Positions 38,100-51,729 of a DNA stretch of 64,000 nt are shown here, piece by piece. Where the stretch lies: assembly GCF_009914755.1 (NCBI RefSeq), contig NC_060938.1; one strand, given 5' to 3'. The notes under the pieces were generated by a model. The model had not been told where the DNA came from, did not search any database, and was given only the letters and a program-made list of their open reading frames with translations. A program made the translations under genes and the position numbers. The stretch comes from the human T2T-CHM13v2.0 reference genome, Homo sapiens. How positions within the stretch are numbered: the stretch's first letter is position 1; every line of letters starts with the position of its first letter.

Positions 38100-38875
38100 G
38101 CAAGAAGCACTAGAATTCATGTTATCAAATGTAGTAAAAAATAATAAAGACCTAAAATTGGGTTTTGAATAAGTAAATGGAGAAGAGACAAATCTTCCTG
38201 ATGGAAGAATTCCATTTAATATATGCAGACACTCCACTCTCCAGAGGGTGGAGCTTTTCTTCCCTGCATTGAGGGTGAGACAGATTTAGTGACAGAGTTG
38301 GGCAAAGGAAGAAAATAGAAACTGTACAGTGGAGAAACCTGACAAACACGACTTTAACCAAGTGATAAAGGTTAACATTATCAGTGATGTCATGTGGATA
38401 TCATGTACCCCTATGTGACGTGATAAGAAAGCTACTTCACTTCTATGGTATTCTTCCCCAGAATCTGTAACCCTAGTTTAATTATGAGAAAGACGTCCAA
38501 TAAACCCAGATTGGTGACCATTCTACAGGATACCTGGCCTGTATTACTCAAGATGGTTAAGTCCATGAAAAACGAGGAAAGTCTGAGAAACCGTCACAGA
38601 CCAGACCCCCAACAGAGCAGAGGAGACTTTGAAAATATAACAACAAAATGTAATGTGCTAGAGATTGAGTCCCGAGCAGAAACAGGACATTAATGAAAAA
38701 GATTGGTAAGTTCAAATCATATACCAATGTTAATTTCTTAGTTTTGACAAATGTACCATGACAATGTAAGATGATAATATTAGGGGAAAATAAATCTGGG
38801 TGAGACAAACTGTGTATATTTTGCTACTTTTCTGTAAATCTAAAATTATTCCAAAATACAAGTTTGTTAAAAAAA
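38100..38875 (+). mobile_element. L1MC 3' region
   Basis: tacagtggagaaacctgacaaacac...gcttacttttctgtaaatctaaaattattccaaaat-like terminus. Confidence 0.8.
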
Positions 38876-41800
38876 TATATATTAGGTTGATTACTGAAAC
38901 CCTTGCTAGGGTTTTATCATCTATGAAAGACAATCTGATTTCAAAACTAGAAAGATGCATTTGTGCTTGTCTCCCTCGTTCTGCATGTTAAGTACTCCAG
39001 GAGACCAAGAATAGATTTCAGTCATTAGAGATGGCAAACCAAGACCTCTGCTCAGCACTAAAAGTTTTTAAAAGCAAAGAACCAACCAGAGTAGAGATTT
39101 ATACATGAGATAAGCCCAAGACTGCTGTTGACCTTGAAGGACAAAATAGATGAATCTATTTGACTCAACAGATAAACATTACACATTTGTCCTAGGTGGA
39201 AAAGGTGGTATATTGAGGCTATATAATTAAATATTTTTCATTAAAATTTTATAACAATGTTATAACATGTTAGAAAGTCCAATGTATTCTAAAGAGTAAG
39301 AGAGGCCAGGACTATGCTAATTAGTGTAAAGGAAGGGAATAATATTTTAACTTTAGAAACCTAAGAATACATGGACTTAAACTACACTGCATTATTTGGT
39401 AGTTAAGACAGCAATTGACAATCACACAGCTATAAACTAGATCCAACACAATATACAATGCAAATACAGAAGTAAATAAGACAGTGGAATAATGTTGTGG
39501 GGTTTCTTTTCCTTCATTGGTGGTTAGAAACCACTACATGTAATATGAAACGGGGAGATTCACATAATTTTAACTTTGGGATTTTCCAAATATATTAACT
39601 GCTTAAAACCAAATTTAAATTTTTAAAAATTGAGATCCAATTATGAAATCTTAAATCGCCAAGCAAAACGTATCAATCATGAACAAGTCTTTTCAGAATG
39701 ACTACCTTATATCTGGTACTGACCTAACTGTCATATGGATCTTTTAAGAACCACAGCTTACAGTCCTTGTTCTTTAGTACTGTTAATCTTGATGGAGACG
39801 TACAGTAAATAAAGGCCTATCAAGTAAATCTATTTTAGTAAGTTTGTGTCATGCTCAACCATTACTTTTATTACTTTTCATGCCCTGACTTCACAGAAAG
39901 CAAATAATTGTTTACTGGTCAGTTCTCACAAATATAAATTATGTTTTTAAGTCTGTGAAATTCACATGATGGAAGATCTCATGTGGGATCACCATTAACA
40001 AATAGACAAATGAATTCAACTTAGACATTTAAACTTATAGGAATATTGAATAGGATTAAGCAAAGCAATTGCAAACTATCCAACTTTCGTTTCAGAACAA
40101 GTATGTCTACTCACTGTGAAGAAAGGTGTCTTTGGAAAGTAATACCAGATCTTTATTGTTTCCTAACACCCATCACTCCCAAATAATGTGATTGCAGAGA
40201 GCACAGTGAAACAAAAGGTAGTTTTTGGATTTCATTTTTCAGCACCACAAGATTAGTATGTGGGAGAAAATTCTTTTTTTTCTCTCTTCATCATTTTTTC
40301 CCCTAAATAGGGGACTAACTAACTGCTTGCCTCATTGAGAATTCTCCACACAGCTCTACATGATCAGTTTTTCTCTGGATTAACAAGTTATAATGATCAG
40401 AACCTCAAGAAACTTCTGAGGAAAATAAAAATAGAATAAGATGAGACCCAGGGTTAGCCAGAAATTTTTCATTTTCTAGAAACTGAAAGGCTGAAATTGC
40501 TTTATAACATGAAAAATAATTCAGAGCTGATTCAAATCCCAATTCTTGTATTAAAATGTATGTACTAAAGAAGCTATCTGGTATATTTATGTGTCAACTT
40601 TAAGCCTGAAGTCAGCACTGGTAGCAGACTATAGATGTCTTGAATGTTAAAAAAGTGAAGGTACAAATACATTCTGGTGTAGCATTGCTCTTTCCAAATA
40701 CATTTTTCTATTTTATTCCTCCATACTGGCATAATGAATAGTGCTATTGCTGTTTAAGACTTAAAACAGCTGCATTTCTAATTTTGGCAGATTATGAGGG
40801 ATTTTTATATGGGTTGCATGTTAAAAGCAAATAAATGACATGCCAACCAACAGAATGAGAGTGCTGGGCAGATGGTGGCATGGCTGAGTTATTGAACTGA
40901 AGTGCTATGCGCCACCAATCATGGAACAAAAGGAATATCTGGCAGCTTTTCAAATGAAGCCCAATCTTTTACCTCCAACAAAAATAATTAATGTCCATGA
41001 AGTCTTCAGCTAGCCATTTAGTAGCCATTCTCCAGTTGGCTTTGTTAATGCAGGCAGCCTTCAGTGACTTTTAATGATCACTGATCTTGAGGGTATGAAG
41101 TATTCTGCCTTTCCTTCCTTTTCTCCTCTAGGATCTTTTGTCGTGTGTGTCTGTGTGTATACAGAGAAAGAGAGAACTGAATATGGAAATAAAGTATTTG
41201 TTATGATTTTTCATCACTGCATAGGAAGAAATCAAAGGGCATTCCAATATGACCTCTTAGTAAAAAAGAGCATCTATCCACATAAAACCATAAAACAATC
41301 TTGATCAATATTGACCTTCATTGACCAATCCTGATTAACACATTTTTAAACCTGCATTCAGAATGCTACTAGGTACATTTACCCAAAATCTAGATGATTC
41401 GTTTGTGAATAAACATCAAGGAATCTACCAAAGAAAGATCTGGCCTTCAAGAGCAGGTTTTTATATGATTCAAGGCAGCTTATGAAGTATAACAATAAAG
41501 TTATATGACTGTTTTTAAATGGATATTCTAGAATTTATATACTTAACTGAATGTTGTCTTTTCTAACTTAGACAACATCCATTGTCAGTTACTGACATTT
41601 CATTATATTTTGTATGTTTCTGTAAGCCACCAAAACTTACACCATGTATTTTGGGAAAATATGAGATAAAACAGGGAAACAAAGCCATTCATAAATGGTA
41701 CAAATAGTCTATATATTTTATCATAATACTGCATTGCTCTTCCTGATCTATTTCTTTTTCTCTTTTCTACTTTTCCTGTATCCTTTCTTTCTAAGATGAT

Positions 41801-42328
41801 TTTACAAAAGCCTTATGTCCTAGGCAATGTGCTATATACTTTACATCATAACCATGACCAGTTCTCAGTTTGAAGTTCAGGAAACTGTGGTATTCAAACA
41901 CTAAATAATTTTCCTAATGCCACACAGCTAGTAAACGTGGCAGCTACTGAAATTAAACTCAGGCCGGTTACTTCTAGACCTGTTCTTTTAATCAGTAGGG
42001 TATTCTATGTAACACACAATTAAATAAGATATAGAAAATTTAAAACCCTGGAGAAATTGGGAATTATGCCAAATACAAAAGGTTAGTATAATAAAAGAAA
42101 TGCAGTATTGACTTACACCAGTATTAAAAGCAGTCTACAAATTAGATTTGAGAGTCCAAAACCAAAGCAAAAACAAACATTAGATGTAATAAGAGTAATA
42201 TTTCTCATAAAATAGAGCTGTTTGGGGTACTAAGGTATGAGGAATTTGTGCTGTAAGGAAATCACTGGGTGATATAGTGAACAATTTCTTCCATGAGACT
42301 TCCACAATATGCTTCCACAATAAATATG

Positions 42329-43169
42329 GGTGAAGGATATGAACAGACACTTCTCAAAAGAAGACATTTATGCAGCCAACAAACATGAAAAATGCTTATC
42401 ATCACTGGTCATTAGAGAAATGCAAATCAAAACCACAATGAGATACCATCTCACACCAGTTAGAATAGCAATCATTAAAAAGTCAGGAAACAACAGATGC
42501 TGGAGAGCATGTGGAGAAATAGGAAAGCTTTTACACTGTTGATGGGAGTGTAAATTAGTTCAACGATTGTGGAAGACAGTGTGGTGATTCCTCAAGGATC
42601 TAGAACTAGAAATATCATTTGAACCAGCAATCCCATTACTGGGTATATACCTAAAGGATTATAAATCATTCTACTATAAAGACACATGCACACATATGTT
42701 TATTGTGGCACTGTTCACAATAGCAAAGACTTGGAACCAACCCAAATGCCCATCAATGATAGACTGGATAAAGAAAATGTGGCACATATACATCATGGAA
42801 TACCATGCAGCCATAAAAAAGGATGAGTTCATGTCCTTTGCAGGGACATGGATGAAACCAGAAACTATCATTCTCAGCAAACTAACACAAGAACAGAAAA
42901 TCAAACACCGCATGTTCTCACTCATAAGTGGGAGTTGAACAGTGAGAACACATGCACACAGGGAGGGGAACAATCACACACCGGGGCCCGTTGGGGGATG
43001 GAGGGCTAGGGGAGGGATAACATTAGGAGAAATACCTAATGTAGATGACGGGTTGAGGGGTGCGGCAATCCACCATGGCACATGTATACCTATGTAACAA
43101 ACCTGCATGTTCTGCACATGTACCCCAGAACATAAAGTATAATTTAAAAAGTAAATAAATAATAAAATA
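42329..43169 (+). mobile_element. L1PA (approx. PA7/PA8), 5'-truncated
   Basis: ORF2 C-terminal peptides and 3'UTR. TSD aataaatatg at 42319-42328 and 43170-43179. Confidence 0.95.
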
Positions 43170-43332
43170 AATAAATATGCTACCAAAATTTACAAGTGTG
43201 TTATTCATAACATCATTCAATATGTCACATTGAAGGTCATTTTAGTAAAAGTATTTCTGCAGGATGTGCATGTGTGTAAACAGTGTGATCCAAGTTTATA
43301 CCCTCTTTGGAGTAAAATTTGATTTATCTAGT

Positions 43333-43518
43333 TGCTCTGTCCAATAGAACTTTTTTCAGATAGTGAAAATGTTCTATATCAATATGGCAGCCATTAGCCA
43401 CATGTCTCTATTGAACACTTGAAATGTGGCTATTGTGACTTAGGGATTGCATTTTAATTTATTTTAATTAATGTACATAGTCGCATATGGTTAAAAGCTA
43501 CCACAATGAACTGTGCAG
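43333..43518 (+). mobile_element. MER3
   Basis: ctgtccaatagaactttt...gccattagccacatgt...cacttgaaatgtggcta; ctag-centred flanks. Confidence 0.85.
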
Positions 43519-45650
43519 ACCTAGATAAATGGTTGCACTGCATATCTCTCAGCCAATTCTCATCAATGGAATTTCATGCTTTTGTAACAAATAGACAAAA
43601 TAAAAACCCAAACATTGTTATTCTCTAGTTTAAGCCTCAAGCACAAGAAATTTGTGCTGTCCAATTCAGCAGAAAACCAAAGGTTTTTTCAAACATTCTA
43701 ACTAAAAACAAATCCTATCACCTCTTTATTAAAGTGAGCCAAAATAATCCCTCTTTGAAAGATACTGTAATTGCCTAAAACATTTTTCATAGTATTGTCA
43801 GATTCTATAACTCATCCATTTCATTATATCCTATGTGTCAAGCTTTCATTTTTGACATGGATTGTGATATTTTTGAAAATAAACCCCAAATAATCCAGAG
43901 TCAAATTTAGTAAATAAGCCACATGCGTTTTAGAAGCCAATTTATATAAAAAGGCAAAAATAACAAGCTAATGCCTTACTATATTTTTTAGAATGATTCT
44001 TAATATCCAAGTCCTGTTGTGCCATCAAGGCCCTAACATGGCACTTACATAAATTAGACCAGACCGTTAAACTTCCATTCTAAGAAGCAAATATAAGGAA
44101 TTTTTAGCTTCACAGTAACCAGAGCATAGAGACAAAAGTCCCCTTTGTGTGGTTTTCATTGCCCTCGTGTTCTTTTCCTGTTTTCATGGGTGACAGTTAT
44201 AATACTGTCTTCAATTAGCACAGTAATAGATGAAAAGAGAAGAGAAGCAGAAACAGTAATTTCTGGCTGAAAATCCACTTGCCAGATGTTGAGGAACTAG
44301 GCCTTAGGCTAATTCTGTGTGAAGAGAGAAGCTTGATATGTCCTTCCATGAAAACCACGGTATGTATTGCTGACAGAGATCTATGGAGATTTAGAATCCA
44401 GTTCTGGAGCACATGACTCAACTTTTTCTGTAGGTCTTGCCAGCTGACCCTTAGGCAGGGACAGCTGTTCTGCTAAATGGATAAAACTACAGAGGAGGAG
44501 GGGAAGAAGGAACAGCAGGAGAGGTCAGCCAGACCTCAGGATATCAATCCTCTTTCCTTCCAGACTCTGAAATAGAAAGGCCAGAGCCCAAGGCCATCTC
44601 CAGGGCCACCTCTTAGGAGCTGTAACGAAGATATGAAACACAGAGGCTCCAGAAAGAAAAAGACAATGAATAAATTGACGAAGTCAAATGAGATGAGTAT
44701 TGGGGGGTACATCAAAAAGGAGTAACTACTGAATACATCTCAGAAAGAAAGCAAGAATATTTAGGAAGAAAAGAGCAATGGTTGGGAAAACTGATTCACT
44801 GAAGAGTGAATTTAGTACAATAGCAAATGGGGTTATTTGGTCATGGTGATGAACACAATCCAGGAATCATAGAAATTAGGAAAACAATTGGTATTCCATG
44901 AATTAAGTATAATTTTGCTTGAGAAATACTGTGAAAGAAACTGCAATGTTTAAAAACAGGACTTTTAAAAATAAATAAGCAATTTTCTAAAAGACATTTT
45001 TGACAATATTTAGGAGATAACAAGAGTCCAGAAAAAGAAGAATTAATCAGATGATAATATTAATTTTACTAATAGATTATGTCAAGAAGAACTAATAAAA
45101 TTCAATTCCTATACAACAACATTAACTTTTGGATATCATACATAGGACATCAATTTAATTATTCATGTATTTGCTGGCTTGTACATTTCATTGATTTAAG
45201 GATTCATTCTTTCACTCAATAAATAGATATTGATTGCATGTGATATACCAGATCCTAAAGTTTCAAATATTAAAATAAATCGTTCCTATTTCAAGAAATG
45301 TGTAGTGCAGTGGGGTGGAGGTGGGGTAAGAGGATTGAGTACTTTACATTTGGCAACCATCTTGTGAAATGCTTTATATTTATTCTCATGAATTCTACAG
45401 CCCAACCATATATTGGAGATACTGTTAATGTTATTTTACAGCAGATGGATCAAGATTCAGGGAAATGGGGTGACTTGCTGAACATTATATAAGAAATAAA
45501 TGACAACTCTGGGACTGAAACCAAAGTATTGACTGAAAATCAACTACTTATGAAATTGAAGCTATGTGGAGATATAACATAAATATGATGCATATTTCTG
45601 AGTTAATATATGTGAAGCACTTGGAACAGTGCATAACATATCATAAATAT

Positions 45651-45710
45651 ATTACCATCACTATTGTTATGTTACCATCACTATTGTTATATTAACATCA
45701 CTATTGTTAT
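45651..45710 (+). repeat. 20-bp minisatellite x3
   Basis: (a/g)tta(c/a)catcactattgttat at 45651, 45671 and 45691. Confidence 0.95.
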
Positions 45711-46177
45711 TATTATTTCTAAAAGAACAATATGTGGCAAGAAATATTATTTATTTAAAAGTATACAGCATGAAGAATATAATGCAGCAGAATGGAAAAT
45801 GTGCATAAAATTTTCATATGAAATAAGAGGCTTCAAGACTTTTCACTTCCGGGTTTGTCTTATTCCCCAGTTGACCTGGACAGAATTTCTTCCCTCTGCC
45901 TTGATATTTAGGGGTGCTTGAGGAAAAATAGATGGAGAAACAATGCACTATTGTGTCATTGCTTCTCCATCTCCTCCCTGGAGAATCCATTTTATCAGGA
46001 GATAAATAACCAAGAAAACTATCAAAGTGAGGAAGAAGTGCACCAAGCACAATATCCCTACTGAAGTCACAAGTAGGGAAAAGTGGGAGTCTATGGTAAC
46101 ATTCCAATCTGCTTGCTGTCTGCATTCTCTTCTCTGAGAAAATGGTTTAGTGTGGCACAAAGAAATTAAAACCAGGT

Positions 46178-46538
46178 TGATATGGTTAGGCTTCGTGTCC
46201 CCACCCGAATCTTATCTTGAATTGTAATCCCCACGTGTCGAGGCAGGGAAGTGGTTAAATTATGGAGGTGGTTTCCCCCATGCTGTTCTCGTGATAGTGA
46301 GTGAATTCTCACAAGATCTGATGGTTTTATAGATGGTAGTTTTCCCTGAGCTCTCACAGGCACTTCTGCTACTGCCATGTGAAGAAGGTCCTTGCTTCCC
46401 CTTCACCTTCTGCCATGATTGCAAGTCTCCTGAGCCCTCCCAACCATGTGGAACTGTGAGTCAATTAAGCATCTTTTCTTTATAAATTACCCAGTCTCAT
46501 GTAGTATCTTTATAGCAGTGTGAAAATGGACTAATACA
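46178..46538 (+). mobile_element. THE1 (C/D-like) MaLR solo LTR
   Basis: tgatatggtt...ggactaataca, with TG/CA ends. Perfect 5-bp TSD caggt at 46173-46177 and 46539-46543. Confidence 0.95.
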
Positions 46539-47013
46539 CAGGTTTACTTGAAAGATAAGAATGGAAAGAGAATATTAACAATCACAAAAAGGAAATGCTG
46601 AAGACACATTTAACATAAGCCATACTTGGGAGAAAAGAGAAATGACGTGTATTTTCACATTTAGATTTTCCACTGTTACAAAACCACCTGCAAAGAAAAT
46701 TGCAACTGAAGTTAGAGAAGATTTGGCTCCATTCAGCCTGTGACACTTAGATGTCCAAGTACAAACACAAGGAAATATAAATTGAGCATTGAAGGCCAGG
46801 TCTTATAAAACCTTAGTTGCCCAAGTAGTAGTAGGGCTGAGAAGGTGTTGCCCACAATTAATTCTGCCTTCTTAAAAGCAAACAAACAAAAACTATATCT
46901 ATGCAATATACTTTTGAGGAAATAATACAGTGATTTACTATATCACTCTTGGGGTTTTTATCTTCTGCCTAAATTTCACAGAAGATAAAATATTGCTACA
47001 TTGCTAACCAATG

Positions 47014-47067
47014 TATTATATCTAAGACAAATTAATATAATATTATATCTAAGAGAAATTAATATAT
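47014..47067 (+). repeat. 27-bp AT-rich tandem duplication
   Basis: tattatatctaaga(c/g)aaattaatata at 47014 and 47041. Confidence 0.9.
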
Positions 47068-48174
47068 AAAGTCAGTAATTTGCACTTTCTATAAAAGAAA
47101 AAAGAAGCTTAATAAAATGTTGTTACCATATTTTTTTTCCTGGTTTATGATTTAGGCATTGAATCGTAGTAGGAGTAAAACATGCTTATAAGGATTTCTT
47201 AAATATAGTGACCCTAAGACACTATTTCCATTTTGATCAGAATTGTGAACTTATGATGGGATCCTAGTGATGCAGTGACACTGTTATATTGCTTTATATT
47301 TTGTATTATAACTATAGAGAAGAACCTTCAGGGTTTTCTTAACCTCATTAAAGTTTGAGTATATGAATTAAATATTTACATTTTTATGAGGAAGAGGATG
47401 ATAATGGTCTATGACAAACATCATCTCAATGGTTCCTGAAGCTCACTGCTACTTTTGCTGTTACAAATATCATCAATGGTCCCTGAAATATAAACTCTTA
47501 CTGCAATAGGAATTCTTTGAACAAGTCCTCAACTATTTCTGTTTACTTGTTCAAGTTCAAAGGGCTAAATGGTATTGAAATGGTATTAATAGTGACTGAA
47601 CACTTAGATTCAAGCTCTGGTGTTACTCCTACTCTCTGCAGGACATAGGCAAGTTACAATTTATATTCTATAGCTTTTCAAATATCTGACTTCTCTACTT
47701 TCCAGAGTCATTGTGAAGGAAACAAATTACTTACATAAACTGCTTCAAAAACCTGTGATATTATGTAAGCAAAGATTTCATGCTTCCTAACTCCTACTTT
47801 TCTATGGCTCAAATCTTCCCCCTCTGTGCAGAGAGACTGGATCATCCTCTCAGACAATTTGTTCCATGGTCATCACCCAGAGGAGTATCTGTAGAGAGTG
47901 GCCTGCTGAACCAGGACTCACCAGATGCTCAGAGAGGGGAAAAAGTATTCCGTGAGAAAGTGAACTTGGGCATGATTTTGGAGAGTTATGCTTCACATTA
48001 GCATGCACCAAAGTTCTAAAGAGACTTGCAGCAAATAATTCCTTTAAAGTTGTTTAGCCCAACATTTTCCAAAGTTAAAGGACCAGGATTCCCTTTTGCG
48101 GTATGTTTAATAAGCATACGCATCACATTTAAAGGCTGCTTAGAGTGTGAGGAGAAGAAGCAATCTTAATAGTT

Positions 48175-48410
48175 TACATTTATTGTGGAGTTGCTATGTA
48201 TAGAAACTGTCTGAGGTGCTTTACAAGCAATTTTACTTTAATTTATGTAAACACCTTACAATATAGGTGCTAGGGTTATCCCCATTTTACAGATGAGGAA
48301 ACGTGGGCACAGAATGATTACAAGTCTTGGCAATGTAAGTAGTGAAGAATAGATAAAGGATATGAACTCAGATTTTCTGGCCCTGGAAATTATACTCTAT
48401 CCTCATGCCT
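48175..48410 (-). mobile_element. MIR
   Basis: ttatccccattttacagatgaggaaacgtgggcacaga. Confidence 0.85.
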
Positions 48411-48534
48411 AATACTTTACTTCCAGAATGAAAACAAGTATAGAATGCATGTAATATTATCACTGTATGATACTTTCATCTAGTAGAAGCTTTTTGTTTG
48501 ATTAAAAAACAAACAAAAAAAATCCTGAAGCCCA

Positions 48535-48934
<400 letters not shown>

Positions 48935-51699
48935 TCAGATAAGTACCTGAATCATTTGGCAAACACATTGAACAATGTTTGAGGGCAAGACTTGGGGTGG
49001 GATAAAGGAAATGTCATCGCACTCTCACATAGCTGTAGCTCTCCTGAGAGTTCTGTTGATTTTTTCATTCCTCCTTCATCAACTACATCAAAATGGTTAT
49101 TATGTTTGTTCACTTTTACTTCTAAAATATTTTTGACCTCTCTGTCTCATTTTCAGCTCTTCTGTCATAGCCCGAGAATAGGCCCACGCCTCTTCTGCCT
49201 GGACTACAGTGCCAGCTCTCTAATGAGGCTCCCTTCTCTTGATAGTGAGGACCAAAAACTAACTACATGTGGAAATAGCTTTTTGCAAAAGTTATAATAC
49301 AAGATAATCTACTGTAAATCTATAATGAAAGAAGCCCAAGAAAAACATTTATTTTTTAACCTTAAGTGTAAGAAGGAAAGATTCAACATTTATCTTTCAA
49401 ACTTTTAAAACTGTGACTTTATTTGAGGAATTCTTGTAGTCCTTTTCTAGTCTCTATTTAACTACCTACAAGATACACACACATATAGACATAAACACAC
49501 ACATATATACACTGATAATTATTAGAGATCAAGCCAAAACCAACCAAACAAACAGTGTTTTGAGTCATGTAAATGTAGTCCTGTTACTAATTTGTTTGCT
49601 AAGGCTGAATTATCAGGATTTGATAGAGGCCCATCATGAAGAAGGCTTCAAATACATTCCACAACCTTGATTTTACAGTTCAGTACCATACACTTGAACT
49701 TCACTCTGGTAAAAAAAAAAAAATTTCCATGTTCAGTGTTTTCCTACTTCTTAACAATAGTAAGAATGCTAGTCCTTTGTTTAACATACAAAGAGAATTT
49801 GCCAGTAGTGGGGATAGGTGGGGTAGGGAACTTTCATGCAGTTGTTATTTTTTTCCTCAATAACCCAATCCATCTACTCATGAGCAATCTTTTCCTGGCT
49901 TACTGCGTTTAAATGTACTAGCTCACACTAGTCATGTTTTTCAAAAAGAAACGGAGGGAGAAAAAAATCAGCAAATTAGCCAGAAGCAGCTTGGTTAGTT
50001 TTCACTCCCAAAGCAGTTAAAAGATGATGAAAAGTCTGAGCAGAAAATGATATAAGCAAAGAAAAAAAAAAATCTTGATGTTGTCTGAAGAAATAAAATT
50101 AACCTTGAAATTTTTCCCTATTTTTTCTCTCATTTTTACTGCAGTCCTGTGTCAGAAAATGTTCCTGCTGGTAGATTGTTAGTTAAATATAAAAACAACC
50201 AGGTTATGTTTACATCAAACTACAGAGTAAAATTTAATTTGTGATAAGGAAAAAGAAAGTTCAGATAAATAAAACTTAACAGTAAAACTACAGGCTTCAG
50301 AAGGAAAATGCAGCACCCTTCGTGTCCCCTTCAGGGACTAGGTCAGGAAGGAGTATGTAATCCAAGCTCTCCTGCACATATGGCCTGAAGTGTCCTTGCT
50401 GCTATCACTCGCCTTGCCACAAATTATAACATGGTACAATCCTACTCACTTGATAGGCCCTGATTTCTCTTATGTGGGCCAAAAGAATGCATAGCAAGAA
50501 GACTTGAAGTTCAGTTTATTTCTGAGGATATATCTAGAAATAATATTTTACAACAAATCGATATTTTTACAAAATGGTATATATGTAGTAACTTTATTCT
50601 CATAGCCAGTAGTTAATAAGTGAACTCATACATATTTATTGAGAACCTCATATCTATGGATAACAAAAGGATGAGGTGGGGGAAAGATTGCTGAACAATA
50701 GTTAGGCCAGGTGAAAGTTGGATCTGCATTTAGTCAGGTAGGCTGGGAACTGTGTGTCCTATGTGGCTCGGGAAAAGAATGGCAAAAATGGGTGGTAAAG
50801 TAATTCAGATTACTAACAGGTATTGCAGGCCCTGCCCGGGTATACAAAGTCATTGAAACTCCATCAAAGTGTGGTGTAAGACATGAATATAATAAGTCGC
50901 ATGCTATGTGGAGAAAAAAGAAATAGAAAAATATGGTCAAAAATGGTAGGGAGTTAGTGATTAAAATACAGTGAAAAAGTCAGGGAACAGGAATGTGCAC
51001 TTGGTAGAGATGGACAAGAAGGACAGGCTAGAGTAGGAGAAGAGGAGTGCTACCAAGTGGAGATTTTGAAGCTGGAGCCTTGTCTTATTGGTGAAGTCAG
51101 GAATGGCATTATGGGTGACTGATAATAAAAATAAATAACAAGGAATCTGAAGAATCATAAATATGTATGTTAACAAAACCAAGGATGAATGAGTACTTAA
51201 AATGGAAAGTAAAATTAGGAATCTGACAACAATTATTGCCATACTTAAATGGAAATGAGTCTTCAAGGAAAATAAATCACTTCACTGCAAAGAAGGTGAC
51301 ATAAATAATTAAATGGCAATGGGAAATCAGAAGAGGGCCATATCACTCAACTCCTCAACTAAGAGTGGAGGAAAATAAGAGGCAAAGCCTCTTGGAAATG
51401 GGGCATCACCTTCAGGAGAGTCAGGATGCAAGGAAGACATAAAGACCGGGAAAAAGAAAGGAACATCAGGCATTTGATCACAATAGACTCAGGGCCTAAA
51501 AAGGCTAAGGGAAAAGAGATAAGAGATATGGGTAAGAAACAGGGTTGTAATACAAAGGGGTGGGATGGTTTAAAAAACTATTGTAAACATAAACATTTAT
51601 TGAGCAAATCACAATGCTAAGCAATAGAGTGGGAGAGGAGCTGGGAGAGTACTGCTGTCGATGGTTATAGGTAAGCGCAGGAGATCTAAACATAATTGA

Positions 51700-51729
51700 G
51701 TGTGCGTGTGTGTGTGTGTGTGTGTGTGT
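51700..51729 (+). repeat. (GT)15 microsatellite with one GC interruption
   Basis: Direct read. Confidence 0.95.

Noticed and set aside
47916-47950. 6-nt microexon (ttttcccctctctGAG|CATCTG|GTGAGT, minus strand)
   Set aside because: GAG acceptors are rare, there is no upstream UGC motif, and the context resembles a decayed DNA transposon.
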